A DNA stretch of 38,079 nt. Origin: a bacterium. Its GTDB lineage: Bacteria > Methylomirabilota > Methylomirabilia > CAVQYV01. Made by a program: the position numbers and the translations under genes. Below the pieces are notes generated by a model. That model worked only from the letters and a program-made list of their open reading frames with translations, was not told the DNA's origin and did no database searches. The stretch is from positions 1 to 38,079 of the forward strand of contig JAZDMQ010000147.1 of the NCBI GenBank assembly GCA_043800755.1, given 5' to 3'. Below, one piece after another: positions 1-6,787 of the stretch (the first letter of the stretch is position 1; each line of letters opens with the position of its first letter).

Positions 1-5
1 CAGAG

Positions 6-1154
6 TTGACGCCCAGAGAGCGGGTTCGGCGGGCCATCCGCCGCCAGGAGCCAGATCGAGTCCCCTTGGATCTGGGAACGACGACCAGCACTACCATGGT
101 GGATGGTGCCCACGAGCAACTGAAGGGATATTTGGGGATCAAAGGAGGGGAGAGGCGCCTCATCTCGGTGATGTTTCAGCTGGTCCTGGTTGAGGAGGCC
201 ATCCTCCGGGAATTCCAGATCGACCTCCGCCCGGTGATGGGCAAGGGACCCTCTAAAGTTAGGGGCGGCTATGGCCCGGGCGGGACCTTTGTGGACGAGT
301 GGGGGGTCAAGTTTCGCCGTCCCCCGGGAGGGCTCTATTATGATATCGTCGCCTCCCCACTCAAGGAGGCCACACTGGCGGATCTGGAGTCCTATCCCTT
401 TCCCGATCCCCTGGATCCCGGGCGGGCCGCGGGCGTGGAGGAGGAGGCCAGGCTCTTACACGAAAACACCGATTATGCGGTGGTGGGCACCCCGGGCGGC
501 CCGGTCAACATCTTCGAGCTAAGCTGGTATCTGCGGGGCCTGGATCAATTCCTGATGGACCTGGTGGCAGACAAGCCCTTCGCCCATGTCCTATTGCGCA
601 AGGTCACTGACCTGCAGAAGGCAAAGTATGGCGAGTTCCTGAAGCAGACCGGTAGGTATCTGGACATTGTGCGGATTGGGGATGATCTCGGGACCCAGGG
701 CCAGCCCTTCGTTTCCCCTGCCCTCTATCGGGAGATGATCAAGCCCTATCACCGGGAGTATTTCTCCTTCATCAAAGAGCACACCGATGCCGCCCTGATG
801 TTCCATTCCTGCGGGAATGTCTATCCCCTGCTTCCAGACCTCATTGAGATGGGGGTGGACATCCTCAATCCGGTCCAGGTCTCGGCCAAAGATATGGAGC
901 CGGCGCGCCTGAAGCGAGAGTTCGGGGATCGGCTGACCTTCTCCGGCGCCATCGACACCCAGCATGTCCTGCCCCACGGCTCTGTCCAGGAGGTGGAGGA
1001 AGAGGTGAGGAGACGGATTCGGGAGTTGGGCCCGGGGGGAGGCTACATGATCGCCTCGGTTCACAATCTCCAGCCCGATGTGCCACCCGAGAATGTGGCG
1101 GCCATGTTCCGGGCCGGGCTGAGCTATGGCAGATATCCCCTGCAATCCGTCTGA
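6..1154 (+). CDS. Uroporphyrinogen decarboxylase / MtaA-CmuA methyltransferase-like family protein
   Basis: MTPRERV...EPDRVP N-terminus, DEWG, LRGLDQFLMDL, GDDLGTQ, FHSCG, LNPVQ, GAIDTQ and HNLQPDVPPEN motifs typical of URO-D-like proteins; TTG start at the window edge. Confidence 0.8.
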   Translation: MTPRERVRRAIRRQEPDRVPLDLGTTTSTTMVDGAHEQLKGYLGIKGGERRLISVMFQLVLVEEAILREFQIDLRPVMGKGPSKVRGGYGPGGTFVDEWGVKFRRPPGGLYYDIVASPLKEATLADLESYPFPDPLDPGRAAGVEEEARLLHENTDYAVVGTPGGPVNIFELSWYLRGLDQFLMDLVADKPFAHVLLRKVTDLQKAKYGEFLKQTGRYLDIVRIGDDLGTQGQPFVSPALYREMIKPYHREYFSFIKEHTDAALMFHSCGNVYPLLPDLIEMGVDILNPVQVSAKDMEPARLKREFGDRLTFSGAIDTQHVLPHGSVQEVEEEVRRRIRELGPGGGYMIASVHNLQPDVPPENVAAMFRAGLSYGRYPLQSV

Positions 1155-1319
1155 AGGGGTCCGGCGCCCCAGATCAGGAGCCCCGCCCCCATGCCTCCTT
1201 GCCACGTAGCCCCTCTCCTCCTCTTGTCCTCTCCCCTCCCCTTCAGATCTCGCCCCATGGCGGGGAGCCAGGCGAGAGGGACCGCGAGAGAGAGCGGAAG
1301 GGGCAAAGACAGTTGAGAC

Positions 1320-1348
1320 TTGACAATTCAAGGCCTTCCAGATATAAC
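1320..1348 (+). promoter_or_regulatory. Sigma70-type promoter for the ktrB cluster
   Basis: TTGACA (1320-1325), 17-bp spacer, TATAAC (1343-1348). Confidence 0.8.
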
Positions 1349-1354
1349 GGACTG

Positions 1355-1500
1355 GCTCTTCGAACCAGGAGAGGGGGTCGAGTCGACCACGGCGGCGGGA
1401 TCTGTCAAATCCTCCGCCCTCCCCTGACTTCGCTGCCCGAAAGAGAGGAAGGCCGGGTTCTCAAGGAGGGGAGAGCGGGTTCGATCTCTCCTTCTTTTTT
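1355..1500 (+). promoter_or_regulatory. Candidate cis-regulatory RNA leader (attenuator/riboswitch-like)
   Basis: About 165-nt untranslated leader with mutually exclusive helices (1391-1418 hairpin versus 1414-1425/1467-1478 antiterminator), ending in a hairpin plus T-run. Confidence 0.5.
1463..1500 (+). terminator. Intrinsic terminator within the ktrB leader
   Basis: GGGGAGAG / CTCTCCTT stem followed by CTTTTTT, 18 nt before the ktrB ATG. Confidence 0.6.
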
Positions 1501-1518
1501 GGGATTCGGGTCCATTTC

Positions 1519-2886
1519 ATGGCGAATTTGTATTTCAAGCGGCGCGCTACCCCTGCCCAGGCATTAGCCATCGGCTTTGCAACGGTTATCCTGATTGGGG
1601 CAATTCTCCTTTGCCTCCCCATCTCTACTGCCTCCGGGAAGGGAACTCCTTTTGTCGATGCCCTCTACACCTCCACCTCAGCCGTCTGCGTGACCGGACT
1701 CATTGTCCTGGATACTTCGGGGTTTTTTTCTACCATAGGACAGGTGATCATCCTCCTCTTGATCCAGATCGGCGGCCTGGGCTATATGACCATGGCGACC
1801 ATGATCGCCTTGGCTGTGGGCCGTCGCATTTCCCTCCGCGAGAGGATCGTGTTGCAGGAGGCCCTGAACCAATTGACCATGCAGGGCCTGGTTCGGTTTG
1901 TGAAACGCATTCTGTGGGTGACCTTCGGGGTGGAGGTCATAGGAGCTATCCTCCTGGCACTCCGCTTCCTCGCCGAATACCCCCTTCCTCGCGCCCTCTT
2001 CCTGGGGTTATTCCATTCCGTCTCCGCCTTCTGCAACTCCGGCTTCAGCCTCTTCTCCACCAACCTGGAGTCCTATGTGGCTGACCCCCTAGTGAACCTG
2101 GTCATTACCTCCAATATCATCCTAGGGGGCATTGGATTTCTGGTGATCTCCGACCTATATCAGCATGTCCAGGGCCCCAGAAATGGCCTCCATCTCTCCC
2201 TGCATACCAAGCTGGCCCTCAGCGTGACCGCCCTGCTCATCCTTGCCGGGACGACCCTGATCTATCTCTTTGAGAGCGGAAACGCCCAGACCCTGGGACC
2301 TTTGCCCCTCTCCACCAAGGTATTGGCCTCCTATTTCCATGCGGTCACCCCGCGCACTGCCGGCTACAATACCCTTCACGTGGGGGCCATGACCCCGGCC
2401 TGTCTCTTTTTTACCGTTTTCTTGATGTTTGTAGGGGCCTCCCCGGGGGGGACGGGAGGGGGGATCAAAACCACCACCGTGGGAACCCTGCTTGGCGCTA
2501 CCTGGTCGGCCCTCCGCGGGCAGAAGGATGTCAATCTCTTTCATCGCCGCGTTGCCCCAGAAAGTATCAACAAGGCCTTCGTCCTGATGCTGCTTTCCCT
2601 TTTCCTCGTCCTGATCGTCGTCATTCTCCTGTTGGTCATCGAAAGGCAACCCTTGCTTGCTCTCCTCTTCGAGGAGGTCTCGGCCTTTGGAACCGTCGGC
2701 CTCTCGGTGGGGGTGCCCGGCTCGCCCTGCAGCCTTTCCGCCATCTTCTCCTCGTGGGGCAAGCTGCTCATTATCTTGACCATGTACGCGGGCAGGGTGG
2801 GGCCGATTACCGTGGGGGCAGCCGTCCTCTCTCAGGCGAGGGAGGCCCAGTTCCACTATGTAGAAGAAAAGATCCTGGTGGGATAA
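1519..2886 (+). CDS. ktrB: Ktr/Trk K+ uptake system membrane subunit (KtrB/TrkH family)
   Basis: Four pore-loop Gly motifs SAVCVTGL, SAFCNSGF, TPRTAGYN, SAFGTVGLS; GASPGGTGGGIKTTT loop; C-terminal EEKILVG. Confidence 0.92.
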   Translation: MANLYFKRRATPAQALAIGFATVILIGAILLCLPISTASGKGTPFVDALYTSTSAVCVTGLIVLDTSGFFSTIGQVIILLLIQIGGLGYMTMATMIALAVGRRISLRERIVLQEALNQLTMQGLVRFVKRILWVTFGVEVIGAILLALRFLAEYPLPRALFLGLFHSVSAFCNSGFSLFSTNLESYVADPLVNLVITSNIILGGIGFLVISDLYQHVQGPRNGLHLSLHTKLALSVTALLILAGTTLIYLFESGNAQTLGPLPLSTKVLASYFHAVTPRTAGYNTLHVGAMTPACLFFTVFLMFVGASPGGTGGGIKTTTVGTLLGATWSALRGQKDVNLFHRRVAPESINKAFVLMLLSLFLVLIVVILLLVIERQPLLALLFEEVSAFGTVGLSVGVPGSPCSLSAIFSSWGKLLIILTMYAGRVGPITVGAAVLSQAREAQFHYVEEKILVG

Positions 2887-2898
2887 GGGGGGATATCT

Positions 2899-3555
2899 AC
2901 GAAGAACAGGCAATTTGCAGTGATCGGGCTGGGAAATTTCGGATGCTCGGTGGCCCAAACCCTGGCGGAACAGGGCTGTCAAGTCCTCTGCATTGACTCC
3001 GATCCCGAGAAGGTGGCCGCGGCCAAGGGCTTTGCTACCAATGCCTTCCAGGCTGATGCGACCAACGAGGAATCCCTGCGCGCCATAGGCATCCCCGAGG
3101 TCGATGTGGTCATCGTCAGCCTGGGGCAGAACATGGAGGCAGCCGTCATGGTCACCCTCCTGTTGAAAGAGATGGGGGTGAAGGAGATCATCGCCAAGGC
3201 GATCACTCCCCTCCATGGTCGCATCCTACAAAAGACCGGGGCGGATCGGCTGGTATTCCCGGAACGGGATATGGGAAAACGTATTGCCGAGGGCCTGATC
3301 TCTCCCAATATCCTCGAACACCTGGAGGTCTCCAAGGGATGCAGCATCCTGGAGCTGGTATGCCCCGGCAACTTCGCGGGAAAGACCATCAGGGCGCTAG
3401 GCGTGCGCTCTAAATTCGGCGTCACCATCGTTGCCATCCGCAAGAAGGGAGAGGAGACGATCATGAACCCAGGGCCCAACGAGGTCATCGACCAAGGAGA
3501 TATCCTGGTCATCATCGGCCGTGACCGGGACCTTAATCGCCTGAAGGGCGCTTAG
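2899..3555 (+). CDS. ktrA: Ktr/Trk regulatory RCK subunit (KtrA/TrkA family); start codon uncertain (ACG at 2899 proposed, first canonical start is GTG 2920)
   Basis: KNRQFAVIGLGNFG Rossmann motif, IIAKA, GADRLVFPERDMG, C-terminal RCK_C domain; directly after ktrB. Confidence 0.88.
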   Translation, partial: TKNRQFAVIGLGNFGCSVAQTLAEQGCQVLCIDSDPEKVAAAKGFATNAFQADATNEESLRAIGIPEVDVVIVSLGQNMEAAVMVTLLLKEMGVKEIIAKAITPLHGRILQKTGADRLVFPERDMGKRIAEGLISPNILEHLEVSKGCSILELVCPGNFAGKTIRALGVRSKFGVTIVAIRKKGEETIMNPGPNEVIDQGDILVIIGRDRDLNRLKGA

Positions 3556-3712
3556 CGCTTAGGAGGGTCAGGGGTCCCTGGCAAAACCCTATAGGAGCAC
3601 TTGCGAGGTTTTCGCAGGATTTTGGCGGTTTCCTCATTTCGAGAGATGTAAGGCATGGTTGGCAGAGGCCAACTGGGGGGGGTGGTTCGCAAAATCAAAA
3701 AGGGGGGTCTGA

Positions 3713-4717
3713 ATGTTCATTCTGGTGGTAGAGTTGCTGTTTTCGATGGCCATTATCTTGTTGAGCTGTGAGCTCTTCGCCAATGCCGTGGAGCATGTAG
3801 GAAACAAGTTTGGGATGTCCCATGCCGCTGCCGGCTCCCTTCTGGCAGCAGTAGGCACCGCCATGCCGGAGACCATGATCCCCATTTTGGCCCTGATCTT
3901 CGGCAAGGGACATGAAGGGGAGGAGATCGGAATCGGCGCCATCTTAGGGGCCCCCTTCATGCTCTGCACCCTCGCCTTTTTCCTCTTAGGCCTCACCATG
4001 CAGATCCTGAACTGGACGGGCAGACGCAAAAGCCTGACGATGGATGTGGATTTGAAGGCCATGACCTTTGAGTTGAAGTTCTTTGTCCCCATCATCTCCT
4101 TCGTCTTCATCGTCTCCCTCATCGGAAACCGCACCCTCAACTACGTAGCCGGCGTGATCCTACTGCTCCTCTACGCCTTCTATGTCAAGGTCTCGCTCAA
4201 ACACGAAGGGCAGGAGGGGGAGGAATACTGCGAACTCTTCTATTTCGGCAAGTTCCTGCGCATGCCCTGCAATGGAATTTGTATCGCCCTGCAGTTGTTG
4301 ACCGGGTTGGTCGGGATCATCCTGGGGGCGAAGATCTTTGTGGGGGCCATCTCCGGCATCTCCGCGTCGCTGGGTTTCTCCCTCCTCATCATGTCCCTGC
4401 TCATCGCGCCCATTGCCACCGAGCTCCCGGAGAAATACAACTCCATTACCTGGACGATCAGGCGGCAGGACACCCTGGCCCTGGCCAATGTCACCGGGGC
4501 CATGGTCTTCCAATCGATGATCCCGGTGTCGATTGGCCTTTTCTTTACTGAATGGAAACTGGGCCATGCCGAGATGCTGAACCTCAGCTTCGCCCTGGCC
4601 TCTTCCGTCATCGTATTGGCCACCATGTTGACCAAGAAGAAGCTTCCCTCCCAGGTCCTCCTGGTGGGGGGCCTCTTTTACATCTCCTACCTAACCTATG
4701 TGTTCTTCCTCCGCTGA
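3713..4717 (+). CDS. Sodium:calcium (CaCA/YrbG-like) cation antiporter
   Basis: Two alpha-repeat motifs GTAMPE and ATELPE, about 10 hydrophobic helices, SD AGGGGGG upstream. Confidence 0.85.
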   Translation: MFILVVELLFSMAIILLSCELFANAVEHVGNKFGMSHAAAGSLLAAVGTAMPETMIPILALIFGKGHEGEEIGIGAILGAPFMLCTLAFFLLGLTMQILNWTGRRKSLTMDVDLKAMTFELKFFVPIISFVFIVSLIGNRTLNYVAGVILLLLYAFYVKVSLKHEGQEGEEYCELFYFGKFLRMPCNGICIALQLLTGLVGIILGAKIFVGAISGISASLGFSLLIMSLLIAPIATELPEKYNSITWTIRRQDTLALANVTGAMVFQSMIPVSIGLFFTEWKLGHAEMLNLSFALASSVIVLATMLTKKKLPSQVLLVGGLFYISYLTYVFFLR

Positions 4718-5279
4718 CAGGACGACAAAACGGGGGAGTGCCTCGGCCCTCCATTCCCGTATCTCTCGCTGGCTGAGATACAGCTACATCCGGCTAGTGC
4801 GGATCAACGATTCCCCGCACAAGGTGGCCTGGGGCTTGGCGGTAGGGGTCTTCCTGGGGATATTCCCCACCTTTGGCCTGGGGATTATCATCGCCTTGGC
4901 CCTGGCGATCCTCTTCAAATTCAATAAGGCCGCGGCGATCCTGGGTAGCTTCATCATGAACCCTTTTACCGCGCCTTTCTTTTGGACGGCGAGCTCGGTG
5001 CTGGGGGCCTTCCTGGCCAATCGGGACTGGCATCGCACCCTGCGAATGTTCCAGGCCTTCTCCGCCAACCTCAGCTTAATCGATCTCACCACCAGGGAGG
5101 GGTGGGCCCTTCTGCTTAAGGGCTTGGGGACTGGGCTCCATGTCTTCCTTTTGGGAAACATCCTCCTCTCTCTCCTGGCTGCGGGGGGCTTTTATCTGGC
5201 TGCCCTCTATCTCACCAAGGCTTACCGGGAGAGAAGGCGCATGAAGATCAAGGGCTATCCATCGGCCAAGGGCCTATGA
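4698..5279 (+). CDS. DUF2062 family membrane protein (start uncertain)
   Basis: DSPHKVAWGLAVGVFLGIFPTFG and NKAAAILGSFIMNPFT match the DUF2062 pattern; ATG overlaps the upstream gene by 20 nt without an obvious SD. Confidence 0.72.
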   Translation: MCSSSADRTTKRGSASALHSRISRWLRYSYIRLVRINDSPHKVAWGLAVGVFLGIFPTFGLGIIIALALAILFKFNKAAAILGSFIMNPFTAPFFWTASSVLGAFLANRDWHRTLRMFQAFSANLSLIDLTTREGWALLLKGLGTGLHVFLLGNILLSLLAAGGFYLAALYLTKAYRERRRMKIKGYPSAKGL

Positions 5280-5304
5280 TGGCTCCCCGGAGGAGTGGTG
5301 GGGT

Positions 5305-6648
5305 ATGACGATTCGAGATGTCGCATTCGAGGCCCTCTTTATCTTCCTGCTGATCTTGGCCAATGGGTTCTTTTCGGCCGCAGAGATTTCCCTGCTCTCG
5401 GCTCGGAGGAGCCGGATGCGGCACAAGGCGGAGACGGGAGATGAAGCAGGCAGGCTGGTTTATCAGCTACAGAATGACCCAGACCGCTACCTGGCTGCGG
5501 TTCAGTTGGGCATCACCCTGATCGGCTCTTTGGCCTCAGCCATTGGCGGGGCCGTTGCCATCGAATTGCTCAAGCCTCTCCTGGAGCGGACCCCCCTGCG
5601 GCAGATCAGCTCGGCCAGCGAGTTCCTCTCCCTCCTCCTGGTGGTCCTGGTGATCACCTACTTCACTCTGGTCCTGGGGGAATTGGTGCCCAAGTCCCTG
5701 GCCCTCAACCACTCAGAGAAGGTCGCCCTCTGGGTGGCTCATCCCATCGACCTCTTTTCCAAGATCGCCTCCCCTTTCGTTAAGGTCCTCACCTCCTCCA
5801 ATCGGCTCGTGCTGAAGGCCCTGGGACTGAGAACCCGCCTGGAGGCCCCTCTGGTCTCAGAGGAGGAGGTCAAGATGATGGTTCGGGAAGGCATGGAAAG
5901 GGGGGTTTTTGGTCAGGCGGAGCAGCAGTTGATCCACTCCGTTTTCGAATTCACCGATACCTCGGCGAAGGAGGTCATGGTCCCCCGGCCTCGCATTCAG
6001 GCCCTGCCCATGACCTCAACTCCCTCGGAGATCTTGAGGAAGATCCTGGAGACCGGCTTCTCCCGGTTTCCCATCTATGGCAGGGATTTGGATGATGTCC
6101 GAGGGATTCTGAATAGCAAGGATGTCCTGCGCCTGCTGGCGGAAAAGAAGCCCATCGTCGTTGCTGAATTGCTCCGTCCCGCCCATTTTGTCCCGGAGAC
6201 CAAGATGATCTCCGACCTCCTCCCCGAACTTCTCCGTCGGAGGCTCCACATGGCCATGATCATCAATGAATATGGCAGCGTGGAGGGGCTGATTACCATC
6301 GAAGACCTGATTGAGGAGCTGGTGGGAGAGATTCACGATGAATATGAGCCATTGGAGGCGGGGGTGGAGAGATCGCGCGACGGTTCGTTGCTCATTGACG
6401 CCCACCTCTCCATCCACGATCTCCAAAGCCGTTATCGGCTTCCCTTTCCTGAATCCCCTGAATTCGAGACTCTGGCGGGCTTTATGTTGGCCCAGCTCCA
6501 GAGGATCCCCCGGGGGGGAGAGAGCGTCCAGTACCAAGACTGGAAGTTCAGCGTCGTTCATGTGGACAGGAAAAGGATCACCAAGGTGAAGGCGGAAATG
6601 ATTCCTCCGGGGCGCCCCGACCGCCCTGCACCGAGAAATCGCCCTTGA
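5305..6648 (+). CDS. CNNM/DUF21-CBS-CorC ('hemolysin' TlyC family) divalent-cation transporter-like protein
   Basis: ANGFFSAAEISL, VQLGIT, LGELVPKSLA, VMVPR, FSRFPIY, EYGSVEGLITIEDLIEELVGEIHDE, C-terminal CorC_HlyC domain. Confidence 0.9.
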   Translation: MTIRDVAFEALFIFLLILANGFFSAAEISLLSARRSRMRHKAETGDEAGRLVYQLQNDPDRYLAAVQLGITLIGSLASAIGGAVAIELLKPLLERTPLRQISSASEFLSLLLVVLVITYFTLVLGELVPKSLALNHSEKVALWVAHPIDLFSKIASPFVKVLTSSNRLVLKALGLRTRLEAPLVSEEEVKMMVREGMERGVFGQAEQQLIHSVFEFTDTSAKEVMVPRPRIQALPMTSTPSEILRKILETGFSRFPIYGRDLDDVRGILNSKDVLRLLAEKKPIVVAELLRPAHFVPETKMISDLLPELLRRRLHMAMIINEYGSVEGLITIEDLIEELVGEIHDEYEPLEAGVERSRDGSLLIDAHLSIHDLQSRYRLPFPESPEFETLAGFMLAQLQRIPRGGESVQYQDWKFSVVHVDRKRITKVKAEMIPPGRPDRPAPRNRP

Positions 6649-6787
6649 AATGCCCTCCATCCTGTGGTAATGGAGATACGGGACCGGCCCCCTCCCTGGA
6701 GCTTTGCTTGGGGGAGCCTTATTCTGCGGTGAAATGCACGATGGGTGCATTTGTCGTGGTCAACCCTTGATTTCGCGAGCGTAGCCA

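Noticed and set aside
1205..1310. Pyrimidine-rich then purine-rich tract able to form a nested hairpin (1238-1303)
   Set aside because: Pairing is largely explained by low-complexity C/T versus G/A runs; at most a 3' structure of the upstream gene.
1355..1500. Assignment of the leader to the c-di-AMP, ZTP, guanidine-I, T-box or 6S families
   Set aside because: Only 5-7 nt fragments resemble them and the diagnostic conserved blocks are missing; left as an unclassified candidate.
1199..1567. 122-aa ORF spanning the ktrB promoter and leader
   Set aside because: Low-complexity Pro/Arg-rich translation that runs through a consensus promoter and terminator; no family signature.
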